This document shows, piece by piece, positions 1 to 9,519 of a DNA stretch of 45,309 nt. Made by a program: the position numbers and the translations under genes. The stretch lies in the sequence record SRR22947727_28; one strand, written 5' to 3'. Positions within the stretch are counted from its first letter, which is position 1. Every line of letters starts with the position of its first letter. Below the pieces are notes generated by a model that did no database searches, had not been told where the DNA came from, and worked only from the letters and a program-made list of their open reading frames with translations.

Positions 1-450
1 CCAATCATGCCAACCGTGATAACCACAAAACGCAACATTTTTTTTTTTAGTAAAAGATCTTGCAATTCTTATTGCTAATGCATTTGCTTCTCCTCCACCT
101 CTTGTAAATTTTGCCATCGAAGCCCAAGGATGTTGTTTGATTATTTGTTTTGCTAAAAAAACTTCTTCAGGACAATTTAAAGTTGTCATATTCCCTTTTG
201 CAATATTATTTAAAACAGATTTGTTTACTTTAGTATTATCATATCCCAATATACTTGTTCCAACAGCACAAAGCATATCCAGGTATTTATTTCCTTTTAA
301 ATCCCAAACATTTATCTTTTTTGCTTTTGTAAAATAAGCAGGCCATTTATTTGGCAAATGAAGTTCTGACCTTTTAGAAAACAAGGTTGTACCTCCAGGA
401 ATTAAGGTTTTTGCATATTTGTAGAAACTTATACCGTTTTTGATTTTCAT
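1..450 (-). CDS. Class III PLP aminotransferase (glutamate-1-semialdehyde aminomutase-like, glycan-cluster type); 5' part only, runs off the window edge
   Basis: Not in the ORF track. Hand translation from the ATG at 450 gives MKIKNGISFYKYAKTLIPGGTTLFSKRSE...WDLKGNKYLDM...LGY...FTRGGGEANALAIRIAR...FCGYHGWHDW, open to position 1. The IPGG, WDxxGNxYLD and GYHGW motifs are typical of the family. Confidence 0.9.
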   Translation of the reverse strand, partial: MKIKNGISFYKYAKTLIPGGTTLFSKRSELHLPNKWPAYFTKAKKINVWDLKGNKYLDMLCAVGTSILGYDNTKVNKSVLNNIAKGNMTTLNCPEEVFLAKQIIKQHPWASMAKFTRGGGEANALAIRIARSFTKKKNVAFCGYHGWHDW

Positions 451-451
451 T

Positions 452-1312
452 TTATTTCCAATTTCTTGGATCTATCAGTTTTGTATCACTAATATTAAAA
501 TTTATCATTTTGTTTTTAGTTACAGTCTTAAAGTTTATTATTTCTTTTAAATTTTCAGAATTATTGATCCCAATTATAATTTTATCAAAGTCATAATTCA
601 TTAAATCACTTAAACAATAATCAATTGGAGAAATATTGTTTTTTTCTAAACTTTGAAACCAATTGATAAAATGTTTTTTCCATTTTTTAAAATAATTCTT
701 TTTATAAACTAATTTATTAACTAATAACCCCTGTAAAAATATAGACCTTACGTGAATTTCTATTCCTTGATTTTTAAGCTTATCATACCACCCCGTAGTT
801 ATTATTCTTTTATCCAAAATATTGTATGGGCATTGCACAGCATCAAATTGATAATTTAAGTTTATATAATTTAAACAATTTGTGTCATAAATTGATATTC
901 CAATCTTTTTAAAAAATTTCTTTTTTTTTAAAACCTCTAAATTTTTAAATATTTTGATTCCTTTTTTGGTAAATAAAATCTTAATATCATGAAAAAATAA
1001 TGTCTCGATCTTATTAGTATTAAAGTTTTTGAAATGGTCTTCCAATTGTTTTTGACAAAATTCTAATGAAACCCATCTAGAGTCTGACATTATTTTTGTA
1101 GAAAATTTAAATTTTTTATCTATGTTTGAAAAAGTACCTTTATTTATTATATAAGCTTCAGCCGTATCAATTTCATAAATGCCATTATTTTTTGCTAAAT
1201 TAAGAATTTTTCTGTTTTCTCTTTGATTTAATTTAATTGGATCAGCTCCATATTTTTGTGAAAAATTTGCTGATCCAATCACAATACGGCTTTTTAACTT
1301 AGTTTTATTCAC
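452..1312 (-). CDS. Aldo/keto reductase
   Basis: GSANF..YG, IDTAEAY, STK, LFFH, KIGISIY, QCPYNILD, RSIFLQGLL and the C-terminal IDPRNW match the glycan-cluster AKR subfamily. Confidence 0.88.
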   Translation of the reverse strand: MNKTKLKSRIVIGSANFSQKYGADPIKLNQRENRKILNLAKNNGIYEIDTAEAYIINKGTFSNIDKKFKFSTKIMSDSRWVSLEFCQKQLEDHFKNFNTNKIETLFFHDIKILFTKKGIKIFKNLEVLKKKKFFKKIGISIYDTNCLNYINLNYQFDAVQCPYNILDKRIITTGWYDKLKNQGIEIHVRSIFLQGLLVNKLVYKKNYFKKWKKHFINWFQSLEKNNISPIDYCLSDLMNYDFDKIIIGINNSENLKEIINFKTVTKNKMINFNISDTKLIDPRNWK

Positions 1313-1313
1313 A

Positions 1314-2030
1314 CTATCTTTCTTTTATATTAATTAAAGATTTTTTATATTTTTCTGCTTTAATTAAATCTTTCCAAGAAAAAAAAATATTTTTAGAAAA
1401 ATGTCTAGCAACTTTTTTTAAAAAAGAATAATCTTTTAAGTCGTCTAATGTCCATCGTCTATTTGAGTAATTTTTAATATTTTTACAGTTATATTTTTTA
1501 AATAATTTTGATCTTTTTATAAAAGAAGTTACATGCTCTTTATTATATTTACTTTTGGAAATTTTTTGAGACATTATTAATTTATCTAAATTAATTACTT
1601 CCACATCCAAACCATCTGGAAAAGAAAGTTCTAATGTATTTGAAGTATAATCACTTTTTTTATTAAAATGTAATTTAATGCAATCGTCAATGAGTTTTGC
1701 ATCAATTATAGGACAATCTGCAGTTATTCTTATAATTGTTTTTATGGTGTTTCTCTTTGCACAATCAATAATTCTTTTTGCAACATTATTTGTACTTCCT
1801 CTAAATAATTTGATCTTATGTAATTTACAAACATCTTTGAATTTATCATCTTCTTTTTTTTTTGTAGTACACAAAAATATTTTATTAACTAATCTTGTTT
1901 TTTTTATTCTTAAAATACATAGGTCTATTACTCTTAATTTAGAACTTATTTTTAAAAAATGTTTATTTGGTAATCTTTTAGACCCTGATCTTGCTGCAAG
2001 CAAAATTGCAACACTATTTTTTTTTTCCAT
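1314..2030 (-). CDS. spsF: SpsF-type cytidylyltransferase (CMP-sugar synthetase family)
   Basis: ARSGSKRLPNK, FRGS, IRITADCP, DYTSN, FPDGLDVE, EHVT and RWTLD motifs. Confidence 0.85.
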   Translation of the reverse strand: MEKKNSVAILLAARSGSKRLPNKHFLKISSKLRVIDLCILRIKKTRLVNKIFLCTTKKKEDDKFKDVCKLHKIKLFRGSTNNVAKRIIDCAKRNTIKTIIRITADCPIIDAKLIDDCIKLHFNKKSDYTSNTLELSFPDGLDVEVINLDKLIMSQKISKSKYNKEHVTSFIKRSKLFKKYNCKNIKNYSNRRWTLDDLKDYSFLKKVARHFSKNIFFSWKDLIKAEKYKKSLINIKER

Positions 2031-2274
2031 TTTTTATAATTAATAAATTATCAAATAATCGTTCAGAATATTTACCATAATACTATATTTCTTCGCAAAT
2101 TTTTATTTAAATACATTATAAATATAATAATCACATAATATTGATACCATAGGTAAGAAAAAATTAATTTTTAAATTAGAAGATTAATGGATGTTCAAAG
2201 TATAATATAGTACTTAAATAACAATAGCTTATATAAAAGTTTTTAATTTATAATTGTATATGTTATTTGTTTTT

Positions 2275-2814
2275 ATGACTTTGAGATTTAAGAAAAATAA
2301 TAAATATACTCTAAAATCTGTCATTTCAGAAAAACTTACAAAAAAAGAAATTAGAAAAATTTGTTTATTGAAGGATAAACAATGGAAATTTGGAATAAAG
2401 TCTCAGCTTATATGGTTTAAAAGTAATGTTAAAAATTATGATATTCATAATATGTTTTATATTAAATCTAAACTTGTGGGATATACACTCCTAAGAAAAA
2501 GAACTTGTGAAAACAAAAAATTAAATAAAAAAACTAAATATCTTTTATTTGACACTTTGGTTATTGATAAAAAATATAGAGGTATGAAATTATCAAATTT
2601 ATTAATGAGTTTTAACAATATAATAATTAAACAGTCTGGTTTTTTCTCTTTTTTAATTTGTGACAACAAATTAGTTCATTTTTATGAACAATATAATTGG
2701 AAAAAAATTGATAAAAAGTTTTTTAAAATAATAGATTGCCCATTTAAGTTTAATGGCATGATTTTTAATAAATTAAATTTTTATAAAAATTGTGTTATTA
2801 ATATAAATAAATAA
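2275..2814 (+). CDS. GNAT-family acetyltransferase
   Basis: Motif A LVIDKKYRGMKLSNLLM and motif B LVHFYEQYNWK. The ORF is open from TTG 2254; ATG 2275 was chosen as the likely start. Confidence 0.7.
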   Translation: MTLRFKKNNKYTLKSVISEKLTKKEIRKICLLKDKQWKFGIKSQLIWFKSNVKNYDIHNMFYIKSKLVGYTLLRKRTCENKKLNKKTKYLLFDTLVIDKKYRGMKLSNLLMSFNNIIIKQSGFFSFLICDNKLVHFYEQYNWKKIDKKFFKIIDCPFKFNGMIFNKLNFYKNCVININK

Positions 2815-2849
2815 AATATAATAAATTTTTAAAAATTAAATTTATACTT

Positions 2850-3074
2850 ATGAAAAAAAATTCAAAAGAAATTAAAAAGGGATTAAAGTTTATAAATCAG
2901 ATACAAAGTATCAGATCAAAAAATAATAAAAATTGGATGGATTTATTAAGGTTGTCTCTTAAACTTGACTTCAATTCAACTTCAAAAATTCTTAAAGAAA
3001 TTTGTAAAGATGATAAGAGAATTTCCAATCTTGCTCAAAAAATATATAGATTAAATAAAACTAATGAAAAATAA
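2850..3074 (+). CDS. Small helical hypothetical protein (74 aa) overlapping the pseI start
   Basis: ATG start, amphipathic pattern IQSIRSKNNKNWMDLLRL, and an 11-nt overlap with pseI. Confidence 0.75.
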   Translation: MKKNSKEIKKGLKFINQIQSIRSKNNKNWMDLLRLSLKLDFNSTSKILKEICKDDKRISNLAQKIYRLNKTNEK

Positions 3075-4083
3075 AGTTTTTTTCATAGCAGAAATTTCTG
3101 CAAATCATTGTGGAAATTTTATCTTGGCAAAAAAATTGATTAAATGTGCCCATGTAAATGGAGCTGATGCTGTTAAGCTCCAAACTTATACAGCGGATAC
3201 AATGACGATTAAATCCAATAAAAAATATTTTAAAATTAAAGAAGGCTTATGGAAAGGTTTCGGGCTATGGGATTTATATAATAAAGCTCAAACACCTTTG
3301 AAATGGCATAAGGAACTTTTTAGATATGGAAAATCTTTAGGTATAAAAGTATTTAGTACCCCATTTGATGATACAGCAGTAGATTTTTTAGAAAAACTTA
3401 ATTGCCCAATTTATAAAATTTCTTCATTTGAAATGACAGATTTAAATTTAGTAAAGAAAGTATCTCAAACTAAAAAACCTATTATTATTTCTACTGGTAT
3501 GGCAAATTTAGAAGAAATTGAAACTACTGTTAAAACTTCAAGAAAATACGGTGCTAAAGATATTACTCTTTTATATTGTGTAAGCAATTATCCTTCATCA
3601 ATTAATGATTTTAATTTAAATAATATCAAAATATTAAAGGATAAATTTAAATGTAAAGTGGGTATATCGGATCATTCAAAAGATAATAGAGTTGCTATAG
3701 CTGCTATCGCTAGCGGGGCCGAAGTTATAGAAAAACATATAGCATTAGATAATCAAAAAAAAGGTTTGGATATTGATTTTTCTTTAAAAGGTAAAGAAAT
3801 TAAAAAACTAAGAGATGATGTTAATGTTGCTTTCAAACTTCTAGGTAAAAGTTTTTTTTTTAGAAATAAAAGTGAAAATAAATCTAAAATTTTTAGAAGG
3901 TCAATTTTTTCAACTAAAAATATAAAAAAAGGTGAAAAGTTTTCTAAAGATAATATTAGGGTTATTAGACCTGGTTATGGTTTAGCACCAAAATATTATA
4001 ATAAAATTTTAAATAAAAAATCTCCAATAAGTATATTAAAAGACGAACCTTTAAAATCCTTGGTATTTAAAAACTTAAAGTAA
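3064..4083 (+). CDS. pseI: Pseudaminic acid synthase (NeuB family with C-terminal SAF domain)
   Basis: AEISANHCG, GADAVKLQTYTADTMT, FSTPFD, STGMA, CVSNYP, GISDHS and EKH motifs; SAF segment RRSIF..IRPGYGLAP. SANH/QTYTADT are PseI-type, and the gene is adjacent to pseB. Confidence 0.93.
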   Translation: MKNKVFFIAEISANHCGNFILAKKLIKCAHVNGADAVKLQTYTADTMTIKSNKKYFKIKEGLWKGFGLWDLYNKAQTPLKWHKELFRYGKSLGIKVFSTPFDDTAVDFLEKLNCPIYKISSFEMTDLNLVKKVSQTKKPIIISTGMANLEEIETTVKTSRKYGAKDITLLYCVSNYPSSINDFNLNNIKILKDKFKCKVGISDHSKDNRVAIAAIASGAEVIEKHIALDNQKKGLDIDFSLKGKEIKKLRDDVNVAFKLLGKSFFFRNKSENKSKIFRRSIFSTKNIKKGEKFSKDNIRVIRPGYGLAPKYYNKILNKKSPISILKDEPLKSLVFKNLK

Positions 4084-4179
4084 GTATCTAAACTTTACTT
4101 CTTGAATAACATCAAATTAATTTTTCAAAAATGTGATATTTCTCTCTTATAATTCTGTGAAAAATATCAATATTGATAA

Positions 4180-5166
4180 TTAGCTTTTATTATCATTAAT
4201 CCAATTTTGAAGTTCAGATTTTTTCATCCATTCTTGATTGTTATCACTGCTGTAAATAAACCCTTCGGGTACTTTTACTCCATCTTTTATTCGTAAATCA
4301 TCTTTTTCCCATCGATTGATCTGTGGCAAAATTTTATAATAATTATTATATTCATAAGTTGAGTAACTATCGTCACTGCTAATCATTTGCTCATGTAATT
4401 TTTCACCAGGGCGAATACCTATGACTTTTTGCTTTGCATGTGGTGCAATTACGTCAGCTATATCAGTAATTTTCATAGATGGAATTTTTTTAACGAAAAT
4501 TTCACCCCCTATCATATCATCAAAAGTTTGCCACACCAACTCAACACCTTGTTCAAGTGAAATCATAAAACGTGTCATACGTTGATCGGTAATTGGCAAT
4601 TCTCCCTGATCTTTTATTGACATAAAAAATGGAATTACTGAACCTCTTGAGCCCATTACATTGCCATATCTTACAACAGAAAAACAAGTTTTATGACCAA
4701 CAGCATAAGATGAGTTGCTAGCTATAAATAATTTATCAGATGCTAATTTAGTTGCACCATAAAGGTTGATCGGGCTACTTGCTTTATCAGTTGAAAGAGA
4801 TACAACTTTTTTTACTTTTTGGTCAATACAAGCATCAATTAAGTTCATGGCTCCATTAATATTAGTTTTTATACATTCAAATGGATTATATTCTGCGGTT
4901 GGTACAATCTTAGTTGCTGCTGCATGCACAACAAAATCTACATTATGTAAAGCACGATAAAGCCGATCTTTATCTCGCACATCCCCAATAAAAAAACCTA
5001 CTCTTGGATCATTTTTAAATAATTTTTGCATTTCCCACTGCTTCATTTCATCTCGTGAGAAAATTATTAAACGTTTTGGATTATATTTTTTTAACGTAAG
5101 AGGTACAAAGCTATTACCAAATGAACCTGTGCCACCAGTAATTAATATAGATGAGTTTTTTAACAT
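4180..5166 (-). CDS. pseB: UDP-N-acetylglucosamine 4,6-dehydratase (inverting)
   Basis: ITGGTGSFG, SRDEMKQ, GDVRD, HAAATKIVPTAEYNP, STDKA, NLYGATK, RYGNVMGSRGSV and RPGEKLHE motifs. Confidence 0.96.
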   Translation of the reverse strand: MLKNSSILITGGTGSFGNSFVPLTLKKYNPKRLIIFSRDEMKQWEMQKLFKNDPRVGFFIGDVRDKDRLYRALHNVDFVVHAAATKIVPTAEYNPFECIKTNINGAMNLIDACIDQKVKKVVSLSTDKASSPINLYGATKLASDKLFIASNSSYAVGHKTCFSVVRYGNVMGSRGSVIPFFMSIKDQGELPITDQRMTRFMISLEQGVELVWQTFDDMIGGEIFVKKIPSMKITDIADVIAPHAKQKVIGIRPGEKLHEQMISSDDSYSTYEYNNYYKILPQINRWEKDDLRIKDGVKVPEGFIYSSDNNQEWMKKSELQNWINDNKS

Positions 5167-5305
5167 ATTTTTTAGTAGTTAATAGCATGTATATGAAAGT
5201 TTTCATTAACTTTTATTATTCTTATAAATAACTTTTGTATCAAGTGTTATATACTGACATCTGATTTTTTAGTAATATTTAAATTATAATCTAAACATTT
5301 TGAAA

Positions 5306-6790
5306 TTAAAAAGAATGCTCTCCAGAGGCATTTCCACTTGTTTTATGATAATGAAATGAATCTGCTTGTAAGTCAGCTCTTTTTGACTTTGCGAAGTACC
5401 AAATAAACTCATTTGGAGCTTTAATTTTTTTAAAAAAAACACTATCAAAAATTAATGAATGATTTGGATCTAAATTATATTTTATTGATTTAAACAAACC
5501 TGACTTGCTATAAAAATCAATTGTAACTATATCAGAAGCTCCAGAATTATTCATAAAACATATTCCAAGTCTACTTTCATAGGATTTATTGACTAATACT
5601 TGTCCCCAAGTTAATCCTGTTTTTTTGGGAGGAATAAAAATACTTTCATTTAAAAGACTTAAATTAATTGAACTATAAAGTTTTGAAGATGTATCATTTT
5701 TTCCATAAATTAATTGGTGATTAACTCTTGTTGGAATTTTACCACTTGAACTTTGAGCTACAACTTTAAACAAATTTACATTATCAAAACCTGATTTTTT
5801 TACTATTTCATTAATATCAAATAAAATTGGATTGTTAGAAGGTGATTTTATTTTTTTTAAATCACTTTTAAATGTTTTGTTGTCGCTATAAATTTCAATA
5901 AATACTTCAAGCAAAGATGGGCTCATAATTGGATACATTACTATTTTGTTAAGACAATTATTGAAGAATGGATAAGTACGCATGCTAACATTATTTTTGA
6001 AATATTCTTTAGTTGAAGAACTGTCATAATATGAATGATTAGCAGAAAAGGATTTTGTTTTTTTATTTATCCTGCCAGTTAGCAAGCGACCATAGAAAAG
6101 AGTCTGCTCAGGTTGTAAGACTTTTAATAAAGTTTTACTATTAATATGCTTCTTATAAAAATTTGAAACAAAAATATTTTTATTGCTGAGCCTAGCAATC
6201 TCAATTGGAATTTTATAATTTTTCTTCCCTTGTTTTATAAGTGATAACTGTAAATTACTTCTAACTTTAAATGGTCCTGAAGCAAAATTAAAAAAAGTAT
6301 CGTAATCTTTATCTATCTCTACATCAATAGAAGACTCAAAAACTTTTTGTAAATTTACTTTATCATCTTCAAAAACATCATTTAATACTCTATTAAAAGA
6401 ATGAACTGTATTAATAAAATCATTGCCTTTATGATTTATCATAACTGCAGGAAATGGTATAAAGAGATTTTTATCTGAATAAAATTCAACTAAATATTCT
6501 TTTATTTTTGATGATTTATTAAAAAGATTTTCTAAATCTAAAGAATAAACTATGGGTTCATTAATTTCGAATGATATAGAGTCTTCTAAGATACCAGCAT
6601 CATTTATAGCTGTTATTTTTAACACTACGTCTCTATTATTTCTTTTTAGAAAGAAATGGTTCAAAAATGAAATATTAGAAACTGCTTGATTAAATCTCGT
6701 AACAATTAAAGAGCTTCTATGTACAGTATTGGTTTTGGTCGATTTGTGGTATCTTATTCTATTTTTTTCAACATCTAAAAAAGGTTTCAT
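5306..6790 (-). CDS. Hypothetical beta-rich protein, probably four ~120-aa repeated domains
   Basis: 494-aa ORF with no recognised family. The HS[F/Y] motif recurs at residues ~130, ~252 and ~492. Confidence 0.8.
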   Translation of the reverse strand: MKPFLDVEKNRIRYHKSTKTNTVHRSSLIVTRFNQAVSNISFLNHFFLKRNNRDVVLKITAINDAGILEDSISFEINEPIVYSLDLENLFNKSSKIKEYLVEFYSDKNLFIPFPAVMINHKGNDFINTVHSFNRVLNDVFEDDKVNLQKVFESSIDVEIDKDYDTFFNFASGPFKVRSNLQLSLIKQGKKNYKIPIEIARLSNKNIFVSNFYKKHINSKTLLKVLQPEQTLFYGRLLTGRINKKTKSFSANHSYYDSSSTKEYFKNNVSMRTYPFFNNCLNKIVMYPIMSPSLLEVFIEIYSDNKTFKSDLKKIKSPSNNPILFDINEIVKKSGFDNVNLFKVVAQSSSGKIPTRVNHQLIYGKNDTSSKLYSSINLSLLNESIFIPPKKTGLTWGQVLVNKSYESRLGICFMNNSGASDIVTIDFYSKSGLFKSIKYNLDPNHSLIFDSVFFKKIKAPNEFIWYFAKSKRADLQADSFHYHKTSGNASGEHSF

Positions 6791-6989
6791 TACAATTCAA
6801 TAAATTGATTCATTTAAAAAAAAATATACTATGATTTAAGTAACTTTTTCAACAAAATTACTTCAATTATTAAAAAAAGATATATAAGATTAAATTTATC
6901 TTTGTAATTAAAAAATTTTTTAAATGTTTTATTTGTATTTAAATTTTACAATTAATATTAATTAGATTGTTAAGTTAACTCCAAACAAC

Positions 6990-8279
6990 TCATTCATTTG
7001 CTTTAATCAATTTATGAAACTTAAGATCTTCAATAATATCATATAAATCCCACATAGGTAAATTTAGATATTCTGCAATTTGAAGTAATGAGCTATCACC
7101 ATCACAAAGACTAATAAAGTTCATCATAAGCCTGACTTTCTCTCTGTTTATTTTTTCAAAAGGACTTGCATAAAGCCCCCTCTTTTCCATTTGAGGCTCA
7201 CATAAAACAGTAACCTTATATTTTTTATTTTTTTCAATTGCTTCAATAGCTTTTCTTATTATCCAATAGCCTCCATTAAGACCTTGGGGTGTGACTACAT
7301 TTTCTAAATCATCTAATGATGTATGATACTCTGGATATTCTCCGTATTTAGTTCTTAAAATTGATGCAATTGGTAGATCAATTCCAGGTGCGCAGTACTG
7401 CCTTTCATCACTTCCTTTATCAAGCCAAGTATATTTTATGAAATTTGAGTCAGTCCATTTGAGAATATGTTTTGCTATCAAATCACTTAATGTATTACCT
7501 TTTCTGGAAGGAAGATAAGAATAGGCTCTATCATCTCCAATGCAAGTTATATTAAAACCTGCAAAAATTTTATTCTTCATAACTTTATAATTGCGGCTAA
7601 GATAAGCAATAGAACCGATTGTTTCAGGAATAAAGATTATGCGATAACTATAATCTGTCTCTTTAAGTTCTTGCAACCATTTTGCAATAAATGTCAGCAC
7701 TGTTGGACCAGACAATTCATTGTTTGCCATTGAAGGATGACAAATATATGTGCTTAAAAATATTTCTCTTTTACTTTTTCCTTTAATCAGAAGTTCACCA
7801 TAATTCAACTCACCTTTCAGCAAGCTTGATTTTATTACAATTTTATAAATCCCTGGTTCTAAAATATCATACTGCTCTTTTGTAAGGCAAAATCCCCATT
7901 TTTCTTCAAAGTAACTAGTTACATATGGAATTGCTTTTGGATTATCTGGCAGTGTGTAAAAATGTTTTTTTAATTCATCAAGACTAAGTCTGCCTTCAAA
8001 CGGGATACTATATCCAACTAAATGAAGATTATTTTTCGAATAATCACATATTTTTTCCCCACTTGGTGTTATTATAAAAGCCTCTGTTACATTCCACTCT
8101 TTTGGAACAATCCAATCAAAAACTTGGGTGCCTGAAGGCACCGATTTAATTTTTAGTTTTGTTAAATGTTCTGATATTCTTTTAAGTGTTTCTCTCAACC
8201 CTTTGCCAGTTAGACTTCTATTGATAGGCCACAGTTCTCGTGCAAAATTATGTATTTCATTGCCAATCATTTCAATCAA
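6990..8279 (-). CDS. DUF4910-family M28 aminopeptidase-like protein with C-terminal winged helix
   Basis: LWPINRSLTG, FDWIVPKEW, NNLH, PYVTSY, YICHPSMANNELSG, PETIGS, SDERQY, YPEYHTSLD and CEPQ motifs. Alternative start ATG 8270. Confidence 0.9.
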   Translation of the reverse strand: MIEMIGNEIHNFARELWPINRSLTGKGLRETLKRISEHLTKLKIKSVPSGTQVFDWIVPKEWNVTEAFIITPSGEKICDYSKNNLHLVGYSIPFEGRLSLDELKKHFYTLPDNPKAIPYVTSYFEEKWGFCLTKEQYDILEPGIYKIVIKSSLLKGELNYGELLIKGKSKREIFLSTYICHPSMANNELSGPTVLTFIAKWLQELKETDYSYRIIFIPETIGSIAYLSRNYKVMKNKIFAGFNITCIGDDRAYSYLPSRKGNTLSDLIAKHILKWTDSNFIKYTWLDKGSDERQYCAPGIDLPIASILRTKYGEYPEYHTSLDDLENVVTPQGLNGGYWIIRKAIEAIEKNKKYKVTVLCEPQMEKRGLYASPFEKINREKVRLMMNFISLCDGDSSLLQIAEYLNLPMWDLYDIIEDLKFHKLIKANE

Positions 8280-8341
8280 AATTTTTAGATAAATTTTTAA
8301 AATTCAAAAAATATTTCATTTATTTAATTAAAATTGAGACT

Positions 8342-9472
8342 TCATACATCTTCTATTATTTCATACACTGCGGATGAATTAGGTAAATTGAGACTTTCTA
8401 CAGTTGAAAAATCATCAGAAATAAAATTTATTGATGCTTTTTTTGCAAAAGGAACTTTATCCCGAATAAAATTATTTTGTCTTCGAATTTCACTACATCC
8501 CACAAAGTATCCTGTAGGTACTCGACAAAGACCTCTAGTATAACCATATAGTTTCGCCTTCACTCTTGAACCTACTATTAAAGTTCTCTCTTGTGACTCA
8601 CATATTGCAGTTTGAGAAGGATCTATCAAAACTGAATGTGGTTGTCGAAGTCCAGTAGAAATCAACTCCACATCATTCATTGAACTTGAGTCTAGTGGGA
8701 TACGCCCAATACATCCATCATTCCATATACCTAGTCGCCAAATACCCTTAAAACTAAAAGCAGAAAAATAGAGATAATCATCATGAACACAAAGTGAATT
8801 TATATGGTGTTGATCTCGTCCCATATTACCTAATTTAAGTCTTTTCTTTTCACTAAAATCTTTACCACTAAGAAATATAATTGAGTCAGAGTATGTTTCA
8901 GAAACTATAAACTGATCAACATGATCAACATAAACCATACTGTGAAGATTTTTATTTTCTATACTTTTGATTAATTCAAAACCATTTGGCCCTATAAAAC
9001 CTAAGCCTAAATTTTCATCAACTCCATATAAATCATTTTTCTTAAAAGCAATTCCCCTTATCTGACCACTACAAAGACGATCTAATCTTTTATTATCATG
9101 TTCCCATATTACTCTGTATGCGCCTCCACTTTCATCTTTTTCATGACAAGAAGCGATCAAACGGTATGAACTTATTTCATCATTTACTGTAATAGTGTCA
9201 GAAATTTTTATCGATAAGGAAGTATCAGGGCTTAGTTTTTTTAAATAATTCTGAATCTGCTTATAATCTAATGAGCAAATTATTATATCTCCTTTTTTTA
9301 ACAAATCAGTGTTTTCAGTAGGGTTTAAAACTGTAAAGACATGGTTGTTAATTTTTATTTTCTTGCCGTGATCATACGTATCAAAAAGAAGATCATTTTT
9401 TTTAGGAAAACCATGCTTAGCTATATGAGTTTGAAACGTTGGTCCAACTCCATAAAAAATATTGTAAAACAT
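8342..9472 (-). CDS. N-terminal Rossmann-like domain fused to a beta-propeller (DUF4915-like)
   Basis: Propeller blade motifs IRGIAF, NLHS, DQHHINSL, LRQPHSV and YTRGL; N-terminal IFYGVG...IIICS pattern. Confidence 0.65.
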   Translation of the reverse strand: MFYNIFYGVGPTFQTHIAKHGFPKKNDLLFDTYDHGKKIKINNHVFTVLNPTENTDLLKKGDIIICSLDYKQIQNYLKKLSPDTSLSIKISDTITVNDEISSYRLIASCHEKDESGGAYRVIWEHDNKRLDRLCSGQIRGIAFKKNDLYGVDENLGLGFIGPNGFELIKSIENKNLHSMVYVDHVDQFIVSETYSDSIIFLSGKDFSEKKRLKLGNMGRDQHHINSLCVHDDYLYFSAFSFKGIWRLGIWNDGCIGRIPLDSSSMNDVELISTGLRQPHSVLIDPSQTAICESQERTLIVGSRVKAKLYGYTRGLCRVPTGYFVGCSEIRRQNNFIRDKVPFAKKASINFISDDFSTVESLNLPNSSAVYEIIEDV

Positions 9473-9519
9473 AAACTACCTTTTTAATATTAATCTCTGT
9501 AAAAATTCCGAAAAAAAAA

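Noticed and set aside
1-450. hemL (tetrapyrrole biosynthesis)
   Set aside because: The sequence is the glycan-cluster variant (IPGGTTLFSKR, GYHGWHDW) and is co-transcribed with the AKR and SpsF genes.
4165-4178. 14-bp perfect palindrome TATCAATATTGATA between convergent pseI and pseB
   Set aside because: Nearly all A/T, loop-less and single-copy, so it is plausibly chance. It cannot be called a terminator or operator.
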